In this document: piece by piece, positions 1 through 12,400 of the stretch
How the letters are laid out: each line of letters starts with the position of its first letter
How positions within the stretch are numbered: the stretch's first letter is position 1
Source: Antedon mediterranea
Taxonomy: Eukaryota > Animalia > Echinodermata
DNA: 64,000 nt
NCBI RefSeq assembly: GCF_964355755.1
Contig: NC_092670.1
Location: forward strand, 5,136,201 to 5,200,200
Direction: 5' to 3'
The notes under the pieces: generated by a model
Told to the model about the DNA's origin: nothing
The model's input: only the letters and a program-made list of their open reading frames with translations
The model's database searches: none
Translations under genes and position numbers: made by a program

Positions 1-3000
1 TAGTGAAGTGTCCATAACTTTCAATTTATGGGTTCAATACTTGTCAATGACAGAGTTAAGATGATCTCTCGAGTATTAAAAACTAATTTTCTACGAATAC
101 ATTAGTGGAAACCGGTAGTCTTTGATTAGTTAATTCGTCGTCAATGACAAACATATATGGTAAATTTTTTTAAAGAATTTTTTGATTAAAAATAAATAAA
201 TTTTAACAAGAATTCTTTATAAATTCGAGAAACAAAACAGTTTGAAAGAAGAGGCTCGAGATAAACATGTAACTAAAGGCATACGACGTATTATTATTTT
301 TTGTAATAAACAGACGTAATATACGAAGTAAGGTCAATAGGTCAAATATTACGTCTCTTTCAGAAAAAGAAGACATTGAAGTGCACTTTAGAGCAGGTAG
401 TTTTTTTTTTTTAAATTGCAATCATTATTGAGTGATGTTTGTGTGTTAAAAGTCAAGTTAATCAATTGTTCCGTTGTTATCAAGTCAACAGCACACTTTC
501 CAAGAAAGATGAAGTATTTTGCAATTAGAGTAAATAATTATACACCGGTAACTCTGATTCGATGTCACGTGTCAGACATTGTTGGTATTTCCAAAGAGAG
601 ATGAAAAACTAAGAACAATTTCACTCCAATGAGAAGAAAACAGATCAGAGTAATAAGGTAAAAGACTTTCTCACTGTGCCCTAATTAACTAGGCTCTACC
701 TTATAATTATAACATCAGATTTAATTGAAAGGAAATTATATAGTATCATGTATTATTATCGTGATTATTCTGTTTACGTGCATTTTTGCACCTAAACCTT
801 CGATCCACTAGACATAATGACCATATTTAATTAAAGAGTAGATTTAGTGGTGCGTGTTGCGTGTGTAAAAATATAATGCAGTAGAGATGTAGGCTCACCT
901 CACTGCATGTATAACTCGATTATGGTTATTGGAAGCAGAGGGCGGGCTATACTATCGGTTAATAAACGAGTTCATTGGCGTTTGTTTGTGGATGTTAGCT
1001 GGTGATTGGCAAAGAATGACTGAAAGACATACAATGAGTAGATCGTAGTTACATCACCAGTGAATTGGCTATTTATCTAAACTTATAGTAATAAGTAGTA
1101 TTTTGAATCTTTATTTTTACGTTATTTTATATTTTTTGTTGTTGTATGATGCATGCATATAAGAACGTATCAGACTTTGTAAATCCACAGTGCGTGGTTT
1201 TGTTACATTTTTTGGAAAATAAAGTTACCTATATATATATATAGTAATAAATCGACAATGTACATTACTGATCATTTTGTTACGTTCTGAAATAAACGCA
1301 AACTCGTATTGGTAATAGACTAATCGAATTGGGAATTAACCTGGCGCACGTGTGGACATAAGGACATGTAATTGCATGAAATTAGAATGAAATGACCCTT
1401 AGATATTAATAGAACTTGATTTCCAAAGTGTTGTCAACAAACAAATTAAATTTTAATCTTCAGAAGATGTTTACCTCATTGTGAGATTTTCAGTGAATAA
1501 AAATCGATAGAATCGAGAACTATTTTCAGAATTGTACGTATAACGTTTAAGCTATTTTAATCCTGTAAAAGGTTTTTTTTTTTTGCAATGAAGTAATATT
1601 ATCATAGTCAAAAAATATGTGTACGATTTAAACATTTATGTAAATATTGTATGGATTGATTGTCACGTGGTCAAGCAAACTATTATTATACTAACAAGGT
1701 TAAGAGCGAATATTATGTAATAACTCTTGAGATTGGAAATGCATAGCATCGTAATTACAGGATTGTTTAATTTGGATTTTATATGGCTCCCTTGGGTGGA
1801 AACAATTGTATCATTAATTTCTATTTAAATTAGACTTTATCTATGTTGAATATTTGTTAACAATATATGTATACATATAAACTGTAACCTCTATTTCACA
1901 TCACTAATTTTAATAGATAAGGAAATGAAAATGATACAACATGTTTTTACCTTAAGTTTGTGATTTTCATATTCACTGCCATATTTTATAACATTCAAGT
2001 TAGCAGGCAAGTAGGCGTGTTATAGTGATCTTTGATTTAGTCAAGATTCGCCCAGCAAAATTTGTGTATAAAAATGTATCTTGTGAATATCAATTGGAGA
2101 GCATTATAAATTACACGACTACTGAGATGGTAGCGAAAACAAAGATTCTCGACAATTGAAAGGAAACGTACCTTAGCTAATAAACTACAAGTGTCAATCC
2201 ATTCAATTTAACATTCCGTTGAATTTAAGACATCAAGAAACTGGTCCAGGCATTATATCAATATAGATAGGGGGCGCCGTTTTAGCCAATGGAGACGAGT
2301 GCCCTCTGTTAGACAGATCAATGATTTTTCATATTGGAGAGGAGATAGGATATTATAGGAGTATTATGCCTAATATTTAATATAAAAAAACAACCCAGAA
2401 ATGATAATCCCAATTTAGTATTTCCATTGTTCTAAATGATCATGTAATTTTTGGCCCCTTTTTAAACTGTGTTTTATTATACTGTTAATATGCTCTACTT
2501 AAGTCTATTGATTGGTGTTTTCACACGATTAAATTATTTATTTATTTATAAATTTTGATCATACAAAAATCGTTTATTTATAGTTTTCTAAAATAGTTTG
2601 CATTATAATGCACTTTCATGTACAGAAACTCTATAGTAGGTTAATTCATAGTTTTAATTTTTAGTTTGGAGAGGGCGCAATCATTTTTTTGGTATTTATC
2701 AAGAGCTTTTAAAGGTAAAGTTTTTACTACCATTTATTATCATATTTCATTGATTATGCCCAATGTTAATATAATATATAAAAATAAATTACTATAATTC
2801 GTAATTTTCTATGATATTATTTTAAAAATTTTGTTATTCGTGCATTGCGCCAAACAACCAACAGAGGGCGTAATTTGTTTACATCATTCGCCTGGGAAAA
2901 TAAATCGTTTCACCAATGTTTTAGACCCTATATTTTTAAAATATTGTTTTAATCATAATCCTCAGAAGTACTATCCCATAGCCAATCTGAAAAAAAAGTT

Positions 3001-3215
3001 TGGGTAAAAAAATATATTTTTATTATGCTAATAAAATGCATATCAAAGCCGGTGTATTTATTTATTTCCTTTGATTGTATCGTAATATGTCTGCTACCCT
3101 CTGTTGGATATACTGCGATGATATAGATAGGTGGCGTTAGAGCAATAATCATGGAGGGATCCCTCCATGAACTGGAGAAATAGACTGATTTTTACATTTG
3201 TGTTTTTCTTTACTG

Positions 3216-3343
3216 TTTTTATTCGCGTGCAACGCGACTACAGCACATTGTGTCGGTCGGTCGGTTGGTCTTCGGTTGGTCGGTCGGTCGGTCGGTAAAC
3301 ACTAACTTGAGCACGCGACTGCAGTCATATATATGGCCTTGTT
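3216..3343 (+). mobile_element. HINE / DINE-1-like non-autonomous Helentron-associated element, copy 1
   Basis: T-run, then a 5' subTIR with hairpin (tcgcgtgcaacgcga), a (GTCG/GTTG)n microsatellite, a 3' subTIR (gcacgcgact), a short 3' stem-loop and cttgtt. Four more copies lie in the window. Confidence 0.75.
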
Positions 3344-4940
3344 AACTTTGGACGATTGAAGTTACCTTATCTTTTTTTACGAATGATATTTTAAAATTAA
3401 AAGAATATTAGTAAAAAATGTTTATATTATCATTTCATATATCGTTTATTGTGTGGGTATATACATTTCCGTACGAGTAAAATAAATACTAAACAGAATC
3501 AACTGATAAATTAAATAATAATATGAAATCTCAATTAATCAAGTGGACATCAATACTTGTTGTTTATGCTTATATGAAGGTAAATGGACTTAGTTATAAC
3601 AACTGGGCGATATAATTACCTTCTTATAATGGCGACAAAAACCAAATAAGAGAAACATAACCTTCATTGTCAAAATAGCAATAAACGGAGGAATATGGGG
3701 GAATCAGGAAGTAAAAAAACGATTTCTAACACCTATAACAGGGATTAATATTGTTGATTAATCATTTAATGAGCAGGTGGTATGATTAAGGTACTCGATG
3801 GCTGATAGTCCATATTATTATGAATATGATGACGTCATAGGAAGTTAAAATGTAAAAATAGAAGTTTAGTTACTTTCAACCATGCTCCTGTTGAAAAAAA
3901 AATAGTACTAATATTCGAAATAACAAATTTTCTGATTTATGTATATTTTTATTTGTATTAATAATTTGGGATGCACTTCCGCCATTGTTGGGAAATAAAG
4001 TAAGGCAATCTATTCATTCAGTGTAGACAAAATTCATTGCTATGACTTTTTAATAGAAAGTAAATTATTCGAATAAATTTCGATTTCAGTCATGACACAG
4101 AACACGGCCACCACGTTTATTTTAAATGAAATGTCACAATTCGAAAGAAAACAATAGTATTTGTAGATTTCGATGTGGAGTTGGATATTGTATACTTTAC
4201 GATTATAGTGAGAAGAATTAATAATGACATGCGGCAACATAAGTTGTTCTACAGTAATTGTAAGGAAGACAGAATTATATCTTATACATAAACAATATCA
4301 ATACACAGGAATTTAAAGGGACTATTCGAAAAAAATATATTAGCATCTGTAAAGAAAACTAGCCAATAAAGATGAATCAAAAAGTCCAATGTCAAATTAA
4401 GACCTACGATTTTGTTTTGTCTGGCATGTTAGTGAAACTAAGTAGATGTTTCCCTTAGGTTATAGTCAATGTGGCGGTTTTATGACACACCTGGTTGGCA
4501 TAACGATGCAGTGTTATACAGTTGAATTATATACGGTACATTTTAAGTACATACATATATGAATCTATTGCGATACTTATTTCGTCTTTAAATGGTTACA
4601 AATGGGAAATGATGGGATGAAACGTGTATGTATAATAATGCTTCCTAAAATGGGACGCCCTTTCTCGGATTTTCAGAGACCGTCTTTGGGGAAGACATTT
4701 TCGCCACCGGCGTAGGCCTAGTTGCGTACGATGTTCCTATGTTACCGTCCACGAGAGGAAATTCAAGGCGAGCTACTTTTTAAGGAATGCAATATTTAAA
4801 AAAAATAACCGTAAAAAATTACAGGTAGGCCTATAGTGTCTTTAAATATACTTAATTTAATAATATGAATGTAAACAATACCAGCATTACTGAATGTCTC
4901 AACTGTTTTTATATTATGCACCGAATAACAGTATACCACA

Positions 4941-5025
4941 TTTTTAGTCGCGTGCAACGCGATTCTACCGGTAAGCACAAACTCAAATTTGAGCACGTGA
5001 CTGCAGACATCTATATGGCCTTGTT
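4941..5025 (+). mobile_element. HINE-like element, copy 2 (internally deleted, no microsatellite)
   Basis: tttttagtcgcgtgcaacgcga...aaatttgagcacgtgactgcagacatctatatggccttgtt. Confidence 0.7.
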
Positions 5026-6041
5026 ATTAGACCCGTTAGCAGATTCCAGACGGACATGCATATTTGTATGTTGGTTGTTGAACTGAATAAAATTGAAATA
5101 TATAAAAGATAAATAGCGTCTTTGCTGCTTTAGTATTCATTTATAAAAATATGGATCAAATTTGATTAGAATCAGTGTACTTAGGTTTAGCTATTACTAC
5201 TATATCTGATAAATGCTCTACATTTAAGTACTCCTTAACGAAAGGAGAGATGGAATAGACGCCACTAAAACGTAGTCATAAATCGTCAAGTTTCTACTAA
5301 AGCAGCCAAACTAGCCATTTCCAAATGTTGACCTTTCAACAGAGCGGGTTTATACACTAAAGCATTTATGTTATTTGTTAACATTAGCATATTTAACATG
5401 TCTCAAAAACATGCAAGTTACAACAGTGATATATACTATACTACAACTTCATAAATTGACATTTGTAGGATAACAAAATGCTTAAAACAGATCAATCGGT
5501 GAGAGTAAAGTATGAAATAAACGTACCAATCATTGACATACAGCAAATATTATATGCACTATTATAACTAGAGATACTCTGCATGTTTAACAGAACATGA
5601 ACCCAGTCAGATACATTTGTGACTTTTGGAAACTAGAAAGAAAGAAAAAAAGAAGAAATAAAGAAAGAAGAACAAAGAAAGAAAGAAACGACTAAAAAAC
5701 AGAACTAAAAAATAACTGTGTTGCTGGCTGCAGGTGTTACTTATTATTAGGTTTATCACTGTAAGTAAGCTATACGTTTATTTTGTTTAAAAATAATTTA
5801 CATTTTGCACGTTAAGAAAAAACTATGATAACAATAAAGCCCCCGCTCATAATTGTAAGTCCATATTACTGATCTGAAACATGTTACATTGCCGCTAGTC
5901 ATTTTCATTGTCACTGGCATATTGACATACTAATCGGAAAATGGGTAAAGGCATTTAATCAAGTACAAATCTGCCATTGTCAATCGGGAGCATGCACTCT
6001 AACATTGCTTAAAACAATAAAAACCGTATATGTTAGGTGCT

Positions 6042-6168
6042 AAAGCATTATCTAACATAGTGTTGAAACACTAGCTAAGATAGTGCTGAAACATTGTCTA
6101 AGATAGTGCTGATACATTATTCAAGATAGTGCTGAAACATTATCCAAGAAAATGCGGAAACATTATCT
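6042..6168. repeat. Degenerate 21-bp tandem repeat, about 6 copies
   Basis: Recurrent unit resembling aaacattatctaagatagtgctg. Confidence 0.7.
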
Positions 6169-6181
6169 GCACAGTATTTTA

Positions 6182-7256
6182 GGCCCTGTTCAGACCCATG
6201 GCGTTAGACCGTTTTAGCGTACGACGCTAAAAGAATGTGTGTCTGAACAGTTGGGGATTAGCGTACAACGCGTCGTACAACGGTTGTAGCGTTGTAGTGG
6301 AAAACGGTTGATAGTACCGTTTTAGCGTACGACGCTACTGTAAGTCAACGTTGTATCCAATCAGAACGTTTCCTGTTATGACGCGAAACAAGGTTTGACC
6401 TAGGCTGACATCTTGTATCGTCAATGTGTGAGATGGATTTCAATAACAAAAAGGCCAGAATAAATAAGGCCTAACTACACTACAAATACAACTGTTACAA
6501 AGGCTACAAACTATTATCAACTGATTACCATTATATTTTCTAACAAATGACATAAATACATGCACCTTGTATTTAAACATAGGGACTACGATCCCATCCG
6601 CTTTTAGGCCTAGTAGGCCTAGAGCCATTCACGCATTTCATTCAAGCTAAAAACTAGCGTGGGACATCAAGTCACTCATTCATACAAGGCAGACTAGACT
6701 GGACAAGTTTAATGCTGAAAACCCCCTAACTCCTAAAAAAAATCGGTAAACAAACAAGGGGAGCTGTGTCCCTTTTATTAGCAAGTTAAGGGTTATTTTC
6801 AACCGAATGGACCAAAGAATATATATCTTTGACTGGACTGGATAGACTAGTCACAATCATTTTTTTCTTCATCATTACGAGGCCTGCTTTATTTTCGTAA
6901 CACAAGAGCCTGGGGAAAATGTTTTTTACTACAAAATAAAAACAATAGAAACAGAAATTTGGCTTTACTATATTTTTCTTAAATAAATGCTGAGGTATGT
7001 TTTATTTACGGCAAATTTTGTCATAATTGTAGGGCTGAGATCTAGGCCTATATACAGTGGAAATAATGATGAAAACACGTGGGTAAGAGCACATGAATAT
7101 GCAACTAGAAACAACCTGGATGACGTACTTCCGTTGTAACGATAATCGTACGCTATGGGTCTGAACACCTCGTTTTTTTCTCTGCGGTTTGTAACGTGAC
7201 CTTGATAGTAACGTTGTACGCTAAAACGGTCTAACGCCATGGGTCTGAACAGGGCC
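6182..7256. mobile_element. Non-autonomous PIF/Harbinger-type DNA transposon (Tourist-like MITE, about 1.07 kb)
   Basis: Perfect 41-bp TIR GGCCCTGTTCAGACCCATGGCGTTAGACCGTTTTAGCGTAC at both ends. TTA target duplication at 6179-6181 and 7257-7259. No transposase ORF. Confidence 0.92.
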
Positions 7257-7364
7257 TTAGTCGCGTGCAAACGCGACTCTACAGCTTACTATGTCGGTCG
7301 GTTGGTCGATAAACAGTAACTCAAATTTGAGCACGCTACTGCAGCCATGTAATATGGCCTTGTT
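7257..7364 (+). mobile_element. HINE-like element, copy 3 (its 5' end is the MITE insertion site)
   Basis: ttagtcgcgtgcaaacgcgactctacagc...gtcggtcggttggtcg...gagcacgctactgcagccatgtaatatggccttgtt. Confidence 0.75.
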
Positions 7365-8708
7365 TTTTTATGATACTGATGATAATCCGCTTGAAACTGA
7401 CTTCCTACGTAATGTACATGTTATACCATCCAAGCCCATTTCCTCCATGATATATACCTTTTATAGTCTATTATAATATTGTAATTTACTCTCTTACTAG
7501 AAGTTTATTATATATCAGGTATCGTTGACGTACGTTTTTGTTTACTAAAATCATAATAATTACGAAGTTCTCTACTAATGAAAACGTTGTAAACTATGGT
7601 AAAATGATTCAATTTTAAATTAAGAAATAACTTTATATACATAATAAATAATCATTGTTGTCAAAGCTACTTTAAACCACAGAAAAGTATTACAGAATGT
7701 ATCACTGTCCCTATAACTAACACTATTATTAAAACTAACAAAAGTGTCACTACCATCAAAATGTATCCTGGTTTTAAATAAATATATTCCCATGGCACAC
7801 AGTTGTGAATTATTCAAATCATACAACTGTTTTTCACCTTTTTATGGGACAATGATAAGATTCGCAGCCGATTGGTAATTCTTGGCAAATAAATACAAGA
7901 TTTGCAAATTAATAAAATAGATTATTGTATCACCGTGGTCAGTAATTGTTGTATGAGAAAAACGTTGTTGTCCGATTTATATGGGGTAATTACACCATTT
8001 AGATGTATTTATTCCAACAAGTGTTTAATAATAACAAGTTACCTCAATTAATGGTAACAACAAGATAAATAGATGTGTATATTATTTATTAGATAACGCG
8101 ATAAGTAATACATGTATTAGGCCTACTGATCATCTTTTATCCTAACATGGCTGGATTTTCTAACATCAAACAGGAAATGAAATGTGCTTATTGCATTTAA
8201 ATATAATTATGATAGTTAAAAAATAGCATCATTTATCAACAAAACGAAATCGTGTGAAAAGTTGAGTTATTCTAACAACAATTTCTTCGCTTGCCTTTCT
8301 TTAGAAACCCAACGGAAATATAAATGGGAACTTATTTGTTGCTTTTCTGATAGAAATATAAGTAAATTGTTTACCATGTTTCTGCTGTATACACATTTTA
8401 AAGGATGTCTAACTGCATTTTGTCTTTCTTTGATCTTATATTTTCTGCTTTTATTTAAGTTTTCAATTCCCATTTTTAATATATTACTTGTAATATTTTT
8501 GTTCTTTCTTGATTATTATAAAAATTGATAGTTAATAAATAAATGAACATTTAATTTTAGCGGCAAGATAGTAAGTTAAAAAGTTCTAGTCCTTATATTA
8601 TTAAATGCTCTACATTGTTGTTGGATTTTGAAAATTGTAACTTCGTCTTTGTGAAGATTTAAAGTATTATCTAGCATCTGCTAAGTGTCATTGTCACTGA
8701 TGGGTGCA

Positions 8709-9448
8709 GGTCAAGTCGGCCCTAAACCGTCTCGGCCAAAGTCAAGTCGGCCCCACGTCAAGTCGGCCCCAAGTCAACTCGGCCTCAAGTCAACTCGGCC
8801 TCAGGTCAACTCGGCTAAAAACCAATCGGTCAACTCAGCCACAATAAAGTATGGAACGCAAAAAGTGCTTAATATTATTATGATTCTTACTATCCACGCT
8901 TTAAAAAAAATGAAGAAATAAAAAAAATAATATAATTAAATAATATCATATAAACAAATGAACTCATTGCCGATATGAATATAAGTACCCGCGTGTTACA
9001 AAAACATGTGCAGGTACCGCATTTTTAGTAAATCGAAGACGGAGGCGCGCCTACGTTCCACTATTTGGCCATAGAAAAAATGATCGTACATCGTTTTGTC
9101 CATGATTTGCGTTAAAAAAAAAGAGGAATCCCCTGGTCAGTGAAAACACGTAGCAGTTGTAGATATCGAAAAAGCTGCCAAAGGCGCAGGGAGGCGCAGC
9201 TACGAGTTGTTTTCAATGTGCAATTTGAAATTTTTTTTAAACGTAAATAAAGGAAAGTTGGTGAAATCATTCCTATTTTTTTTGCTAAATATATTATTGT
9301 CTAAATATTAATATTCATTAAAAGTCAGAATTATTTATAGTTAAAAAATTGTGAAGAAATATTATTTTATCAATCCCCTTCATTTGCACTTTTTGCGTTC
9401 CATACCTTAACGGGGCCGAGTTGACCGATTATTTTTTGGCCGAGTTGA
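8709..9448. mobile_element. Foldback-like non-autonomous DNA element with repetitive long inverted termini; right end truncated
   Basis: The left arm has about 8 copies of gtcaa(c/g)tcggcc followed by gtatggaacgcaaaaagtgc. The right arm has the reverse complement gcactttttgcgttccatac...ggccgagttgaccgatt...ggccgagttga. Confidence 0.7.
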
Positions 9449-12400
9449 AAATAATATCAAAATATTCTAGTATGACTTTCATTTGTAGAAGTGGGGCATG
9501 TATAACATGTAGTCACTCACGGTGATATGATGAAAGTAAACGGCATTAAATTTAGATAATTGTATAACAAACATGAAAGAACGTAGGCATAGAACTGAAA
9601 ATATCCGTCTCTTGACCGTTAAAGAAGATTAAAATGCAATGAAACATTACTGGCACGCCCATCCAATCAAATAAAAAGATCAATCATTTTACACTGCTCT
9701 GCAGACGTGCGGTATACTGTAAACAAATCATGATCAACAACAACCGAATTCGAAGAAAAAAAAATCTATCAATATAAAAAAGAGTATAGTATAAGGCATC
9801 TTCATTAGGAAATATATGACAAATGGAAATATATCCTGTCGGTTTTCTTTTTATTATTACTTTGCTAATCATTTAGACATTAATTTATGTGATGTTATTG
9901 TGCCCTAATAACTTAATATTTTATTTATAAATCTTCTTATCTAATAATATATTTATATTAAAAAAGAAAACTGTAAGCGGTCTGACGAACAACGAAAAGG
10001 AGAAAATAGTGACAGATTTGTTTTCAGCTTAGGATAGGATTATTAGCACCACCAATATTACGCATGCGCAACATAGATAAATCGTCGAATTTAAAGGCAA
10101 AGATCAAATCATCATTTTAGCAATTATTCACTATCCCCTAGACTATACTTTAGACTAGAGCATGTGCTCATAATATATGATTATATCAAAGCTTGATGTA
10201 ATAAGGAATTATTTCTTAACGACGCCACAACTCCTGGTTTAATTACGAGATGAAATCGTACGTTTTCGATTTTCATAGCTTAGGAAATAGTATTCCTGGT
10301 TTTAGTACTTCCATACTTTGATTGTAGCCTACAGTATCTTAAAAAAGGTTGTGTTAAAGTAAACCTATCAGACAGGAAAGAAACATTCAGCCGTGACATC
10401 AACATACCTGTTATTATAATGATATTTACATTCATAAATGTACTATATTACTATATTATTACAATAAGTGTTGATTTTTTTAACCAAAATAATATACTAC
10501 AAATAGGCCTATCTATATTTCTTACGTTTCGTTACAATTAAGTCGTGAATTTACTTTTTGTTGAACCTTCTTAAAGCTACAAAGACGAAGAAAACGACAG
10601 GTTGTCGACGAAACGTTACTAGTGAAGGTATTGAAGTACGTTATTTTTTTAATTTGACTAAAAAGTTTATTTAACATTTATGATTGAAAAACATATAATA
10701 TAATAATTATAATCTATTTAATATGATATACTATTACAGTATATTATTAAATAGATGTCTGTTTGTGTTATATGGTATCAGTGTTATATGTTAGGGTGAT
10801 GGGAAAGACAGTACAGTAAAAAATTATTTTTGAGGCGATTCGGCACTTTTTGGTAGGATTGACCAATATCTATACCGCTCATTATATAAATTACTTGCTA
10901 AATACATAATTTACTAAAACAGTTTGTTTGCTTTCTCTAAAGATTATTAATATTTAATTTAACTAAAGATTGGTTGACTGGTTCGTAAGTGTATGCAATA
11001 TGAATCTAGAAAGCTCTACAACAATACAAGACTAGGCCTACAATGTGTTTCTATAAACCTGATCATCACAATCTCATTATTAATTTTTTTTTTCCAAACT
11101 TTTTGAGAGTCTGTCCAGGGAAGAGTGAAATTAATGTCACTCTTCCCTTTGAATATTACGCGGATAATATTTTCGTTTTCCAATATAAAAAATATGTTTT
11201 TATTCGAGCAAATAGAAAGCAATGTTTAGGCCATTGTTTTTAATTATTTCCAAGTTACTTTGTGAGATGTGAACAATTGTTCAACCGTTGCGAGTGTTTG
11301 ATGATTTTCTTTGCGGAAGCTTTACTGATTTCAATTTCAGTATAAAACTGTTAATAGGATACATACCGTACTCAAGGAAATAGTATAATAAAAAAGCGAA
11401 CTGAACTGAAACATGTTTTAGCGTAATATCTAAAGCCTTTGATCGGCCTATTGTATATTAACTAGTTCGTGTCAATGAAGATACATTGTTAATTATTTTC
11501 GCGCAATTAATTTGAGAGTACCACGTGTTTTGTGGCAATGATTATATAACGTGTGTATGAAACAAGTAATCAATATATTAATCCTAAATCACGTGATCAT
11601 TGTAAATGATACTTATATATCACATTTCAATGCAACGTTTCCATTTCATTTCAAATCAATTTATTTACTTCCAACAAAATAAAAAAAGAGTGCCAGTTCA
11701 ATGGTAATAATAACCGAGATTTATAATGCGCACTTCTCCACCAAAGGTGCTCAATGCATATTAAATGCTTGCAATTTATAATCCCCTTATTCAGATTGAA
11801 AACTATTAATTTCGAATTTAAAATGAGAATATAAGAGATTTGAAAGGATTCGATGAATAAACTATAGACATGGATATAAAGATGTAAATTAACTTGAAAA
11901 AAAAACTGTAATAATTGTTATTCAGCTCATCAAAGATTCCCCACCCAGCATTTCTCAGTATACTTTTATTTCAGATTTTTAAGTCATTCCAAAAATATAT
12001 ATGGGTTGGGTGTGAATGTGCCTAAAGCACAAGGTTTAATTTATATTTTTTATACATTTCTTTAATCCATTAACAACATACATCATCGAGATCATTACAC
12101 GTAATGTCGCCTCATATGACATATCTTCGTATTTTACATTAATTTTAATTATGGCCAACAAAAAGACCTTCACAGTTTCCTATTCTGAATTTAAATAAAT
12201 ATTAGAGATCACGTCCTATCAAATCTAAGTGAGCTTAGATAAAAATAATTCGAATTTGTCTAAACTCAATATGTAAATACAGAAATGTAAGAGTCATGTT
12301 TATTCGGCCGATGGTATATTATATTGGCCAACGACAGTCGCCGTAATTAGTCAATGCTTATCGTACGAAACTCCTACTACTCACGTCTGAACGCTCAGAG

